DNA of 64,000 bases from an uncultured virus (IMG/VR IMGVR_UViG_3300037466_001022) (IMGVR_UViG_3300037466_001022), one strand, 5' to 3'. Positions 49,380 through 59,663 are shown, counted from the stretch's first letter. The notes: generated by a model from the letters alone, not told the origin. Program-made: numbers and translations.

Positions 49380-49613
49380 ATGCGACGTTATTATCAAATT
49401 GATGGTCATCCAGAACTTTTGAGAGACCCACACTCGAAAGGTTTGATCTTGACCGATAGATCGGCGTTACAGCGCGAGAAAGCCAAGAAAAATTCACGTG
49501 CTGAACGCGAACAGTTGAAGCAGGATGTGGAGACTTTGAAGACGAAGTTTGAAAGTATGGAAAACACGCTCAAGTTGATCCTTGCAGCAGTTACAAAAGA
49601 AACGGATAAATGA
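49380..49613 (+). CDS. small conserved virion-region coiled-coil protein
   Basis: GHPELLRD..S..I motif with a C-terminal coiled coil. Confidence 0.65.
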   Translation: MRRYYQIDGHPELLRDPHSKGLILTDRSALQREKAKKNSRAEREQLKQDVETLKTKFESMENTLKLILAAVTKETDK

Positions 49614-50662
49614 CAGCACTAGTTACCGTCACACAAGCCAATACGTTCGTAGACTGGAGAACCCTGACAAACTCATTGGCTCTCCTTATGAACAATCTGA
49701 CTGAAACAGGCAACACTTTCCGTGCAAACGGAAGCTTAGTGTTATCTGGTCCTGGTACCGCTTTGACTGTCAACAATGCCGCCACTTTTGGTACTGTTAA
49801 TACAGCCACAGTCCAAGCTAACACCATAATTACAACATTTGTTACAGCAAATGGCATCTCTGTGATGGGAAATGCTAACAATGCCTATAACCAGGCTAAT
49901 ACAGCAAATACTATTGCGGTCCAATCTGGGGATATTGCTAATTCTGCCTTTGCTGCCGCCAATGTTGCTAATACAATTGCCGTCCAATCAGGTACAGTCG
50001 GAAATTCAGCATTTTCTGCAGCCAATGTTGCTAATGCAATCGCTGTTCAGTCTGGTACAATAGGTAATTCTGCCTTTTCTGCTGCCAATACCGGTAACAC
50101 TAGAGCCTTTGGTGCATTCGCTCAGGCCAATTCAGCTTGGACAACTGCCAATACTGCAAATACTATTGCTGTACAATCAGGAACAATAGGCAATTCCGCT
50201 TTCGCTAAAGCTAATGCGGCTTATACCCAAGCCAACACTCCTCCAGGTTCAGATCAACAATTGATCTTCAATAATGGTGGATCATATGGTGCAAATGGTC
50301 GTATGACTATCAATCTTACATCCAATACAGTAACTTTTTCTACAAATGTTGGTGTTGGAGACTTGACAATCGCTGGAACTATGACTACAATCTCTGATGC
50401 CAGAATTAAAACAAATATTGAAGGTATTGATAGTGGACTAACGATTGTTCGTCAGTTGCAACCAGTCCAATATAATTTGTTCGATGGTCCTGCAAAGAGT
50501 TATGGATTTATAGCTCAAGATATCGAGAAGATTCTTCCAGATATTATCAAGGATAACGGTGATCTCAAGACACTTGGTTATATCAATCTTATCGCATTCT
50601 TGGCTAAAGCAGTGAAAGAACTTGATGAAAAGGTAACAAGGTTGGAAAATGAGAGAATTTAG
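49610..50662 (+). CDS. fiber protein with C-terminal intramolecular chaperone (peptidase S74-like)
   Basis: NTF..WR..TN N-terminus, 21-aa repeats, SDARIKTNI..GFIAQDIE..P..L..AVKEL. Confidence 0.8.
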   Translation: MTALVTVTQANTFVDWRTLTNSLALLMNNLTETGNTFRANGSLVLSGPGTALTVNNAATFGTVNTATVQANTIITTFVTANGISVMGNANNAYNQANTANTIAVQSGDIANSAFAAANVANTIAVQSGTVGNSAFSAANVANAIAVQSGTIGNSAFSAANTGNTRAFGAFAQANSAWTTANTANTIAVQSGTIGNSAFAKANAAYTQANTPPGSDQQLIFNNGGSYGANGRMTINLTSNTVTFSTNVGVGDLTIAGTMTTISDARIKTNIEGIDSGLTIVRQLQPVQYNLFDGPAKSYGFIAQDIEKILPDIIKDNGDLKTLGYINLIAFLAKAVKELDEKVTRLENERI

Positions 50663-51230
50663 ACAGGTAGGCTATAACGAAAGAGAAGAAATCCTTTCAG
50701 TTATTTTTAGTCGTTCTGTAATGCTAAAAGGCTCTACCAATACAATTCCGGATTATTCCGTATGGATCAAAGACCCTGCCACCTACGATGATAGTAAGGT
50801 TGTCATGGTTGGCTGGTACGAAGATACACAGCTTGTCGGAGTCTACATCAATAAGATTTTTGTAGAATTGGCTCCAATGGGCATGAAAGTCTACACCCGT
50901 ATCATGTTCACTAAACCTTCAACACAACCTGTTGAAAAATATGATAATGGATTTCCTATTAGCACTACTGAATTCCAGAATGCCAATTTTAAGGAAATGG
51001 AAAGTCGTGGATATTACACAGCCTATGATGTTCATGCTGATGTGCCGCAATGGCGTCCATATGCTGAGAACGAACATTGTCGGATGCATGATTATGATAA
51101 TACTGTTATTGGAATTATTCCACCAGGAAAAATCACAGATAACGTTCTATTCCACAAATATCTAGTTGGGCGAATCTATGATGTTCCTATCAAAATTTGG
51201 CATAGAAATCTACCAGAAAACAAGAGATAA
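50649..51230 (+). CDS. hypothetical protein
   Basis: 193-aa ORF overlapping the fiber gene end. Confidence 0.6.
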   Translation: MREFRQVGYNEREEILSVIFSRSVMLKGSTNTIPDYSVWIKDPATYDDSKVVMVGWYEDTQLVGVYINKIFVELAPMGMKVYTRIMFTKPSTQPVEKYDNGFPISTTEFQNANFKEMESRGYYTAYDVHADVPQWRPYAENEHCRMHDYDNTVIGIIPPGKITDNVLFHKYLVGRIYDVPIKIWHRNLPENKR

Positions 51231-51233
51231 TGA

Positions 51234-51533
51234 ATGTCGATAATAGTTTCAAATACTGGAATTACATTTCCTGATGGTACGACTCAAAACACTAATGCGA
51301 TTATTTCTGGTACAGAAGTAACCTCAAACGGGGTTCAAATCTTTTCTGATAGAACAGGTAGCAATCTTCGTTTCAAGAGATTGGCTGCTAATGGGTCCAT
51401 TACAGTAGTTGCCAATTCAACTCATATTGTTCTTGTCGGTTCTCTAACAGCCCCTCTTGGGCCGCCTGGACCAATAGGACCACCTGGTGGCACTCCACCA
51501 GTGGTACCTCCGGTCGCTCCATCAACTAAATAA
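51234..51533 (+). CDS. small virion protein with collagen-like Pro-rich tail (paralog 1)
   Basis: ITFPDGTTQNT..LRFKRL..NSTHI..GPPGPIGPPG. Confidence 0.7.
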   Translation: MSIIVSNTGITFPDGTTQNTNAIISGTEVTSNGVQIFSDRTGSNLRFKRLAANGSITVVANSTHIVLVGSLTAPLGPPGPIGPPGGTPPVVPPVAPSTK

Positions 51534-51540
51534 TCTCTAT

Positions 51541-51804
51541 ATGTCAGTAAGTTTCGACGGCAACAAAATTACATTTTCAGATTCAACAACCCAAAATACG
51601 AATGGAGTGGTGAACGTTGTCACTCTTGGAGTGACAACGGAAGGTGAGCCTTTTGCTATGGATGTTGTCAATGGTGTTGTACGTTTTAGACGCCTCCATG
51701 CAAATGGATCATTGTGGCTTGAAAGTAATTCGACTCACATTTTGATTCATGCCAATTCAGTATTCAACCCCGGTCCACCAGGACCTCCAGGACCTCCAGG
51801 ATGA
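51541..51804 (+). CDS. small virion protein with collagen-like tail (paralog 2)
   Basis: ITFSDSTTQNT..VRFRRL..NSTHI..PGPPGPPGPPG. Confidence 0.7.
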   Translation: MSVSFDGNKITFSDSTTQNTNGVVNVVTLGVTTEGEPFAMDVVNGVVRFRRLHANGSLWLESNSTHILIHANSVFNPGPPGPPGPPG

Positions 51805-52088
51805 GCATTGTAGTATCAAACACAAATATCACATTCCCTGATGCAAATACACAAAATACTGCTGGAATAACTTCTGCAACAGATTTGGCTAACACTGGTC
51901 AATCAATTGTTGTTGATCGTTCTGGTGACACACTACGGTTCAAGCGTATTGCTCATGGTACATTCCTTACCGATTTTGCCAATTCTAATGTTGTCATCTT
52001 ACAAGGCCATAATCTTTTTAGTCCTCCGGGTCCACCAGGACCTCCGGGTCCAATTATTGCTCCACCACCTGTTAATCCAACAAAATAA
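51801..52088 (+). CDS. small virion protein with collagen-like tail (paralog 3)
   Basis: ITFPDANTQNT..LRFKRI..PPGPPGPPGP. Confidence 0.7.
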   Translation: MSIVVSNTNITFPDANTQNTAGITSATDLANTGQSIVVDRSGDTLRFKRIAHGTFLTDFANSNVVILQGHNLFSPPGPPGPPGPIIAPPPVNPTK

Positions 52089-52098
52089 AAAGGTAGTT

Positions 52099-52785
52099 AT
52101 GATACAGTATAAACGACGTGAAGGTGTAAATTATTTTACCGATTTCATGATGAACAACAAGCCAGGGGCTATTCGTGAAAGATTATGGTATTATGATGAA
52201 CATTTTATTTCTCCAGAATTGTGTGACAAATTTGTTGATCGTGTCCAACAATTAAATAAGAAAGAAATAAAAGGTGGTGGAATTCATGTCGAGGAGGGGG
52301 ACACGACATATCGTAATTCTGACGTATTCTTTCTGAGTAATGAGGATGTTTCATTGCCAGATGTAAAAGAATTTCATGATACCATGATTTCCAAAACATT
52401 AGAAATAAATAACCGAATATTCAATTTTGATATCTCCCATTTGATGCATTCCCAATTCACTCAATACAAGGGTGAAGACAAACAGCATTTCAATTGGCAT
52501 CCTGATGGTGGGTTAGGGTTTGAAACAGATTTGGAATTAATGGATGATTTGATCTTCCGAAAGTTGACAACTGTTGTCTGTCTTTCGGATCATACCGATT
52601 ATGAACACGGCGATTTTATCCTATTTGATGGTGGTGTCTTACCAGAACAGGCTATATGTTTGTTCAAGATGACAAAGGGGGAAGCAATTATTTTCCCGGC
52701 ATTCATGATGCATAAAGTAAATCCAGTAACTTCTGGAAAGAGAATTTCTTTAGTAAATTGGTTTTGTGGGCCTAGGTGGCGATAA
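52099..52785 (+). CDS. 2OG-Fe(II) oxygenase (prolyl-hydroxylase/PKHD-like)
   Basis: R.SDV, QFT.Y..HFNWHPD (HxD), RKLT.VV.L, FP.F..H.V.PVT.G.R.SLV.W. Confidence 0.88.
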   Translation: MIQYKRREGVNYFTDFMMNNKPGAIRERLWYYDEHFISPELCDKFVDRVQQLNKKEIKGGGIHVEEGDTTYRNSDVFFLSNEDVSLPDVKEFHDTMISKTLEINNRIFNFDISHLMHSQFTQYKGEDKQHFNWHPDGGLGFETDLELMDDLIFRKLTTVVCLSDHTDYEHGDFILFDGGVLPEQAICLFKMTKGEAIIFPAFMMHKVNPVTSGKRISLVNWFCGPRWR

Positions 52786-52795
52786 ATAAGGAGGA

Positions 52796-53059
52796 ATGAT
52801 GAAAATAGATTATACTTTGATCGGTGTAGAGGAATTTCTTGAGCATCTCCACCTGAAAGTGGAATACCGCACTGAGAATGCTAAACTTATAAAATTGGTA
52901 TATATTCCAGCCGGTACAACTGATTTCAATAAATTGGCTGAGATGCATATCCCAAAAGCCGAAATGAAAATATATTCGAATTTTGCGAAAACCAAAAATA
53001 AAGATGGTTCTTTTGAACTTGAGGATAATAACCAAGGAGAACTCCTCCTAGAAGGATAA
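52796..53059 (+). CDS. hypothetical protein
   Basis: GAGGA RBS and GATAAATA late-promoter-like box upstream. Confidence 0.6.
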   Translation: MMKIDYTLIGVEEFLEHLHLKVEYRTENAKLIKLVYIPAGTTDFNKLAEMHIPKAEMKIYSNFAKTKNKDGSFELEDNNQGELLLEG

Positions 53060-53062
53060 GAA

Positions 53063-53389
53063 TTGGCCGCATATACTGAATTTGTTATTGATGCGAATTC
53101 TGATTTTAGTGTCACCATATCATTAACAGATAATAACGGTGATATCGTAAATCTGACTGGTTATTCGCTTGCTGGCACCATAAGAAAATCGTTTGATTCG
53201 GAATTGTCATTTTCATTCAATGTCACAACTGCGAATGCGAACACTGGCAACGTGAATGTTGCTTTACCTGGATATGTTTCAGCAAACATGGATCCAGGAA
53301 AATATTCGTTTGATTTGAATATCTATAATTCCAATTCTTGTATTAGAATATTGGAAGGTGTTGTAACTATTACTCCAAGTGTATTTTAA
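53063..53389 (+). CDS. small beta-sandwich virion protein (BppU-N-like)
   Basis: NLTGY...IRK, G.Y.FD....RILEG.VTITP. Confidence 0.6.
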   Translation: MAAYTEFVIDANSDFSVTISLTDNNGDIVNLTGYSLAGTIRKSFDSELSFSFNVTTANANTGNVNVALPGYVSANMDPGKYSFDLNIYNSNSCIRILEGVVTITPSVF

Positions 53390-56328
53390 TGGCTGATAAT
53401 ATTAAAGTTACTATAACTGGTAATCCTCCTCTTGTTGTATCTGGTGTGACACAGGGTGTTGCCGCAAATGTCTTGCCAGCATTCAATCAAGCTAATTCAG
53501 CATTTTCACAAGCCAATTCCGCTAATTCCCAGGCCTCGGCTGCTTTTAATCAGGCTAATGGAGCTTGGTCGGCCGCCAACACTGGTATCGCAATTGCCAC
53601 TCAGTCTGGAAATCAAGCTAATTCAGCATTTGTAGAAGCTAATGTTGCAAACACAATCTCTGTTCAATCAGGTAATATTGCGAATGTAGCGTTTTCTACA
53701 GCCAATGCCGCATATTCTTCATCTAATACATCTAATACTATAGCAATACAATCTGGGAACCAGGCTAATTCCGCATTTGTTGGTGCAAATATTGCCAATT
53801 TAATTGCCATACAGTCTGGTACTGTGGCAAATTCAGCATTTGCAGCCGCTAATACAGCAAATATTATTGCCATCCAATCTGGTAATCAGGCCAATTCCGC
53901 CTATATACAAGCTAATACATCAAACAGCACTAATGGTTTTGGTTATATTGCTGCCAATGCCGCTTTTGCTCAAGCCAATAGTTCATGGACGACGGCAAAT
54001 ACTTCCAATATTATTGCCATTCAATCTGGTAATCAGGTTAATTCTTCCTTTTCTGCCGCCAATACAGCAAATGCAAGAGCAATTGGAGCATTCGCTCAAG
54101 CTAATGGTGCTTGGAATAGTGCCAATACAGCGAACAACATTGCCTTGCAATCTGGTAATCAATCCAATTCTGCATTCTCTGCAGCCAATACCGCAAACTC
54201 TATTGCCATTCAATCTGGTAATCAGGCTAACTCCGCCTTCGTGGCAGCCAATACAGCCAATACCATTGCAATTCAATCTGGATCACAAGCTAATTCTGCC
54301 TTCACTGGTGCCAATACAGCAAATAGTATTGCTATGGGAGCATTTTCTCAAGCCAATAGTGCATGGACAACAGCTAATACCGCTAATACCATTGGAATAC
54401 AATCTGGTAATCAGGCAAATTCGGCATTCAGCCAAGCTAATACTGCGAATGCAACGACCGGTTTGGGTTATATTTGGGCAAATTCTGCATTCAATCAAGC
54501 CAACGGTGCATTCGCTAGAGCCAATGCTGCTTATGCACAAGCTAATACTTCTCCTGGATCCAATACTAATATTATATTTAATGATAGCGGTGTATATGCA
54601 GGATCCAATAATACATCATGGAATAAAGCAAACAGTTCGCTTCTAATTTCTGGTAACACATACACTACAGAAATTGTAGTCGGGGATAATGTTGCATGGT
54701 CAAAAATCCCTTCATGGAAGTATGATTTCCGTTCTGAAGTTCTTCCTTTTGGATCAACTTTTACAAGAAATTCAATAGCCACATATTATGCTGCAAATGG
54801 TCAGATGATGACTGTTAGTGCAAATGTAGCGCGGTTTGATCATAATCCAATTGATGGTTTACCATTTGGTTATCTAGCCGAAGTGCAGAGTACGAATGCT
54901 GTAACATATTCTGCCGACCGCACCCATTGGACAGTGAGTATTACAACCCTTTCAACTGATGGGACGCTTGCTCCAGATGGTTCATTAGCCACACTTGTTA
55001 CTGCCAATTCTGGTGCCGGAAAACACTATGTTGCCAGCGGTCAGGCATCTGGTGCTGGTTCTACACTTCTTGGATTAAGTATTTTCGTCAAGCAAGGAAG
55101 CACTCGCTATGTCTGTCTTGCTGAAACACAGGATAGTATCAATCACGCTGGCACCTTCGATTTTCAAACTGGTGTATTTGTCAATGCTGGTCAGGGGATA
55201 TCAAATCCCACTGCCAGACAACTTGCTAATGGATGGTGGCGCTTATCGTTTCAGATGACGGCTACCAGCACAAGTACAACAACTCAGCTTTCAGTTTCAC
55301 CTACAACCAGTAGCACAGGTACAGCGGCAGATAATACTTACACTGCAATTGGTAATGAAACTGTTTATGTCTTTGGTTTCCAGAATGAAGCAAATGGTGT
55401 AGGAACTACAACCTATATACCAACTGCTGGTAGTGCCGTCACACGCTTGTCAGATGTACTCACATTACCTCTAACATCTCTACCTGGATGGAGTTCTTCT
55501 ATTGGTGGTATGTTAGTTTGTACTTATCGTTTACATTCCCGCGCAAGAACTGGTGTTGTTTCTTCGATTGTGGATAGCGGTGCTGGCGCTAATGCCGTTT
55601 TGTTATATGAATACTTTGGTGGAGCGGCATTCTCAAGATTTAATACATTTGCCTCAGGAAACATTGCCCAATTGGGTGGTCCTGCCTCTCCTGCACAATT
55701 CGTGCGTAGAAAGATATCAGTAGCATGGATGGTTGGGCGCCAACAGATTGCTCATGATGGTATACTCGATGCCACAAATGGCGGTCAATCTACTGCATTA
55801 CCGTCCTCTCTTGTCAACCTTAGAATCGGAACAGATGATGGAACTAATAGTCTCTGTGGTACCATCGAAAGTATTGCTTATTATATGGGCAATAAGACAG
55901 ACAACGAAGTACAATTCACAAGTGCCAATGGCACTGTCTTAGGATCAACTGTTACCTACCTCCATGATCAACTAGAAATTATTGGTTCAACTGCTCAATC
56001 AGCATTCTCTCTTGCCAATTCTATGTCAGTTGCTGCCAATACAGCCAGAATCAACATTCAAACTGCAAATTATACGGTTTCGAATACAGATTCGGGCTCT
56101 ATCATTGTCATGAATAGCTCCAGCAATCTAAATGTTACTGTACCATTTCTTTCTACTGGTATGTTTGTTCGCATCATCCGTGGTGGGTCCGGTACTGTCA
56201 ATATCCAAAATACAAATATTGTGATGAATTCAACTAATACCGGAAATACCTTGATTACCAAGCAATATGCGAGTGTTACCTTACTTGTTTGGAATGCAAA
56301 TACGGTTATTTTGGATGGTAGTGTATAA
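53389..56328 (+). CDS. long fiber protein: 21-aa repeat stalk plus distal accessory module
   Basis: tandem ANSAFxxANTANxIAIQSGNQ repeats followed by a module shared with the gp7 C-terminus. Confidence 0.75.
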   Translation: MADNIKVTITGNPPLVVSGVTQGVAANVLPAFNQANSAFSQANSANSQASAAFNQANGAWSAANTGIAIATQSGNQANSAFVEANVANTISVQSGNIANVAFSTANAAYSSSNTSNTIAIQSGNQANSAFVGANIANLIAIQSGTVANSAFAAANTANIIAIQSGNQANSAYIQANTSNSTNGFGYIAANAAFAQANSSWTTANTSNIIAIQSGNQVNSSFSAANTANARAIGAFAQANGAWNSANTANNIALQSGNQSNSAFSAANTANSIAIQSGNQANSAFVAANTANTIAIQSGSQANSAFTGANTANSIAMGAFSQANSAWTTANTANTIGIQSGNQANSAFSQANTANATTGLGYIWANSAFNQANGAFARANAAYAQANTSPGSNTNIIFNDSGVYAGSNNTSWNKANSSLLISGNTYTTEIVVGDNVAWSKIPSWKYDFRSEVLPFGSTFTRNSIATYYAANGQMMTVSANVARFDHNPIDGLPFGYLAEVQSTNAVTYSADRTHWTVSITTLSTDGTLAPDGSLATLVTANSGAGKHYVASGQASGAGSTLLGLSIFVKQGSTRYVCLAETQDSINHAGTFDFQTGVFVNAGQGISNPTARQLANGWWRLSFQMTATSTSTTTQLSVSPTTSSTGTAADNTYTAIGNETVYVFGFQNEANGVGTTTYIPTAGSAVTRLSDVLTLPLTSLPGWSSSIGGMLVCTYRLHSRARTGVVSSIVDSGAGANAVLLYEYFGGAAFSRFNTFASGNIAQLGGPASPAQFVRRKISVAWMVGRQQIAHDGILDATNGGQSTALPSSLVNLRIGTDDGTNSLCGTIESIAYYMGNKTDNEVQFTSANGTVLGSTVTYLHDQLEIIGSTAQSAFSLANSMSVAANTARINIQTANYTVSNTDSGSIIVMNSSSNLNVTVPFLSTGMFVRIIRGGSGTVNIQNTNIVMNSTNTGNTLITKQYASVTLLVWNANTVILDGSV
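53480..54550 (+). repeat. degenerate 63-bp (21-aa) coding tandem repeats
   Basis: repeated CAATCTGGTAATCAGGC.AATTC.GC units. Confidence 0.85.
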
Positions 56329-56347
56329 ATAATATTTCGGAGATTTC

Positions 56348-57313
56348 ATGAAGCATATCACAACCAAAGCCGATTTCATCAAATATTGCAAGAGACAACT
56401 GGGTTTTCCAGTAGTCCAAATCAATGTGTCTGATGAACAAATTTCAGACCGTATTGATGAAGCTCTTGGTTTGATGCAGGAATATCATCCTGACGCCACT
56501 CAGAAGACCTATGTTAAATACCAGATTACCCAACAGGATATGGATAATCGTTACCTCGACATGAATAGAGCCTCTGGTACAGCAGACATCGAATCTGGTT
56601 CTGTCAATGTTATTGGTCATGGTACCTCTTTCCCAGAAGATACCCAGCTTGAAGACACTTTGATCAAAATCAATGGAGAAACAAAAGAAGTTATTTCTGT
56701 ATCAAATACTACATTCTTGACTGTCAATTCGGCTTTCTCATCCACTGCTACGAATCAATTGATAACCTTCCCGAACACTTACAGATTCTATAACGTTATC
56801 AAGATTTTCCCTATTGGTGACTCTATTGCATCTGGGTCCTATATGTGGGATTTGAACTACCAAATTCGCTTGAATGAATTGTATGATTTCACAACTACAT
56901 CATACATTCCATATGAAGTCACAATGCAACATTTGCGTACTATCCAGATGTTATTCGTTGGCGACTCCGAGATACGTTTCAACCGTCGCAACAATCGCCT
57001 TTATCTTGATATCAATTGGCAAGGAAGCATTAAACTCAGTGTCGGAACCTGGATGGTGATCGAAGCTTATCGCATCTTGACACCTGACATGATGCCAGAA
57101 TTGTGGGATGATTGGTGGTTGAAGAGATATGCTGTTGCCTTGATTAAGAAACAATGGGGATATAACACCAAGAAATATAAGAACATTGCTCTTATTGGAG
57201 GTGTAACCATGTCCGGTCAGGAATTATATGATGAAGCGGTAAAAGAAGTAGAAGAATTGGAAGATCAATTGCGTGACAATTTGCAACCGCCGCCTCAATT
57301 TTTCGTAGGATAG
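56348..57313 (+). CDS. gp13: neck protein gp13
   Basis: YC.RQLG.PV..INV..EQI.DRID.A, WLKRY..ALIK.QWG, GGVT..G; TATAAATA at 56324. Confidence 0.92.
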   Translation: MKHITTKADFIKYCKRQLGFPVVQINVSDEQISDRIDEALGLMQEYHPDATQKTYVKYQITQQDMDNRYLDMNRASGTADIESGSVNVIGHGTSFPEDTQLEDTLIKINGETKEVISVSNTTFLTVNSAFSSTATNQLITFPNTYRFYNVIKIFPIGDSIASGSYMWDLNYQIRLNELYDFTTTSYIPYEVTMQHLRTIQMLFVGDSEIRFNRRNNRLYLDINWQGSIKLSVGTWMVIEAYRILTPDMMPELWDDWWLKRYAVALIKKQWGYNTKKYKNIALIGGVTMSGQELYDEAVKEVEELEDQLRDNLQPPPQFFVG

Positions 57314-57314
57314 T

Positions 57315-58181
57315 ATGCCGACTAATAACTTTTTTCAAGATTACTCCATTGGAAGCCAGGAATCCAGCCTGGTAGAAGACCTTATTATCGAATCTATACA
57401 AATACATGGTGTAAACGTGTATTACATACCTCGTGAGTCGGCCACAGGTAATATTGACAAATTATATGGAGAAGATACTTTATCTAAATTTACACAAGCC
57501 TATCATATGGAAGCTTATGTTGAGTCAACAGAAGGCTTCGATGGACAAGGAGAATTCTTATCTAAATTTGGTCTTGACATGAACAACCAGGCTGAATTGA
57601 TAGTGTCAATTCGTCGGTTCGGGGAAGCAACAAGCCAACAATTCGTTAGACCACGTGAAGGTGATCTTGTCTATCTTGGCTTTAAACCAAATCTATTCGA
57701 AATCAAATATGTCACTGACAAGACAGAATTCTTTCAATTAGGTAAGCTATATTTCTACAAGCTTAGACTTGAAGCCTTCCGTTATGGAAATGAAAGCATT
57801 GATACTGGAATCACTGATGTTGACGATATTGGCCGTGAAGTAGGCTTTAGAATCGCTTTTGTTCTCGGATCGGGTTCTGGTAATTACCAGATAGCGGAAC
57901 AAGTCTATCAGGGCACAAGTTTTGCAACTGCGACGGCGGTTGCCGACGTAGCATCATGGGATCATCCAACTAAAGACCTTCAAGTCATTAACATTGTTGG
58001 TGAATTTGTCGCAAATACAAATATTGTTGGGGTTGTTTCTGGAGCATCATACCAGTTGACTTCATATGATGATATGCAAGATGAAAATGGTGGATTGATT
58101 GTTAATCAGGAAGTCAATGATGAAGCTAACACAATCATTGATTTCTCAGAGGAAAATCCCTTCAGCGAGAATCTTCCATGA
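57315..58181 (+). CDS. gp14: neck protein gp14
   Basis: ESIQ..G..VYYIPR, SKFG, RPREGDL, FFQLGK, DFSE.NPF. Confidence 0.92.
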   Translation: MPTNNFFQDYSIGSQESSLVEDLIIESIQIHGVNVYYIPRESATGNIDKLYGEDTLSKFTQAYHMEAYVESTEGFDGQGEFLSKFGLDMNNQAELIVSIRRFGEATSQQFVRPREGDLVYLGFKPNLFEIKYVTDKTEFFQLGKLYFYKLRLEAFRYGNESIDTGITDVDDIGREVGFRIAFVLGSGSGNYQIAEQVYQGTSFATATAVADVASWDHPTKDLQVINIVGEFVANTNIVGVVSGASYQLTSYDDMQDENGGLIVNQEVNDEANTIIDFSEENPFSENLP

Positions 58182-59176
58182 TTTCGAATCTCGATTTTGA
58201 CAACCACTCTATCAGAAAAGCTACTGCTGCATTTGGTGCATTGTTCAATAATATAATCCTGGTTAAACGAGATTCTAATGGGAATGAGTTAAAAAGGGTA
58301 AAAATCCCGTTGGCCTACGGCTCCAAAGAAAAATATCTTGCCATCCTAACAGAAGACCCAGAAAAGAAGCGCGCAACACAATTGCCTGTTCCCAGAATGG
58401 CATACAGTCTTGTTGGTTTGAGCTATGATGCCGGCCGCAAACAGCAAACAATGCTGAAAAACAAGAGTGCAATTGCTGGTAATCCCTTGAAACTGAACAC
58501 ACAATTCGTTCCGGTGCCATATGATTTGATGTTTGACTTGAACATCATCACAAGAGAAATTTCCGATGGGCTCGAAATTATTGGTAAAATCCTACCATTT
58601 TTCACTCCAGACTACACAGTCAGCATCAAATATTCGGATACAATCGGGCAACAGGCAACAAAAGACACACCAATTATCCTAAGTAATACTACCTTTGAAG
58701 ATAACACAGTTGGTCCATCGGGTGAAGTTCGTCTGATCATTTGGACTCTAAGCTTTATCATGAAGGCATATGTATTCGGCCCAGAAACTTCACAGAGCCA
58801 GATCAAGAAAGTACAAATCAGTTTCTTTAATGATGGTTTGACTCCAACTGATATTACAATTTCTGGTATTCCTGTAACCGCAATAAGCCATCGTGGATCG
58901 AACACCCTCTATACTTCGGCAAATGTGGCTGGTCTTGTCAACGCTAACGATTCAATCATTGTTGATGGAACCACCATCAGAGTAACAGGTGTTTCATCCA
59001 ACGTATTGACAAGCAATTTGATCTTTACAACGGATGCTCAACAATTGTCGCTACAATATAATAATCCAAGTACAGTGATGGTAGCCAGGTATACAGCCGA
59101 AGTTACACCAAATACAGCCTTGATTACCGACAACTATGTAATTACTGATTTATTTGAGGATTTTTCCAATGAGTAA
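58178..59176 (+). CDS. gp15: tail sheath stabilizer gp15
   Basis: FG.LFNNI, PLAYG.KEK, PRM, PVPY, ILPFF.P. Confidence 0.9.
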   Translation: MISNLDFDNHSIRKATAAFGALFNNIILVKRDSNGNELKRVKIPLAYGSKEKYLAILTEDPEKKRATQLPVPRMAYSLVGLSYDAGRKQQTMLKNKSAIAGNPLKLNTQFVPVPYDLMFDLNIITREISDGLEIIGKILPFFTPDYTVSIKYSDTIGQQATKDTPIILSNTTFEDNTVGPSGEVRLIIWTLSFIMKAYVFGPETSQSQIKKVQISFFNDGLTPTDITISGIPVTAISHRGSNTLYTSANVAGLVNANDSIIVDGTTIRVTGVSSNVLTSNLIFTTDAQQLSLQYNNPSTVMVARYTAEVTPNTALITDNYVITDLFEDFSNE

Positions 59177-59663
59177 TATCAAAAAAAGCCTAGATGATAT
59201 CTTCGAAGTCCCACAGCCTGTAATAACGGAGGTTTTTGATGATGAAATATCAATATCGCCACCGACAATCATTGGAACACCGCAGGAAGCTAGACCGATA
59301 TCTAGTTCATACTACACGGAAGAAAGACCAGAAGAAATTGAAAACCAGGATGAAGATTTTAGAAAGGCTCGCAAGAATATTCGCAATATCGTGGATAAAG
59401 GCGACACTCTTCTAAAAGGCATCATGGACGTTGCTTCTGAAACCGATAAACCAAGTGCTTATGAGGCTGCCGCTCTCATAATGAAAACTCTCATGGAGGC
59501 AAACAAGGATTTGATCGACATCCATGAGAAAAACAAGAAATTCAAAGCATTACCAGAAAGCAATTTACCAGTTAATAATGGCGATATCAATGTCAACAAT
59601 GCTGTGTTTGTTGGCAATGCTACGGATTTGCTGAAGAAAATCAGAGAAGTTAAAGAGGATTAA
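59169..59663 (+). CDS. gp16: terminase small subunit gp16
   Basis: D...AR.N, P.AYE, NNAVFVG..DL. Confidence 0.85.
   Translation: MSNIKKSLDDIFEVPQPVITEVFDDEISISPPTIIGTPQEARPISSSYYTEERPEEIENQDEDFRKARKNIRNIVDKGDTLLKGIMDVASETDKPSAYEAAALIMKTLMEANKDLIDIHEKNKKFKALPESNLPVNNGDINVNNAVFVGNATDLLKKIREVKED

Noticed and set aside
53480..54550. CRISPR-like or DGR-like repeat array
   Set aside because: The repeats are degenerate in-frame coding repeats without unique spacers; no cas or reverse transcriptase gene is in the window.
53804..54646. 280-aa alternative-frame ORF, and similar shadow ORFs such as 3545..4069
   Set aside because: By-products of repetitive or low-complexity coding in the main frame; no RBS or recognisable motifs.
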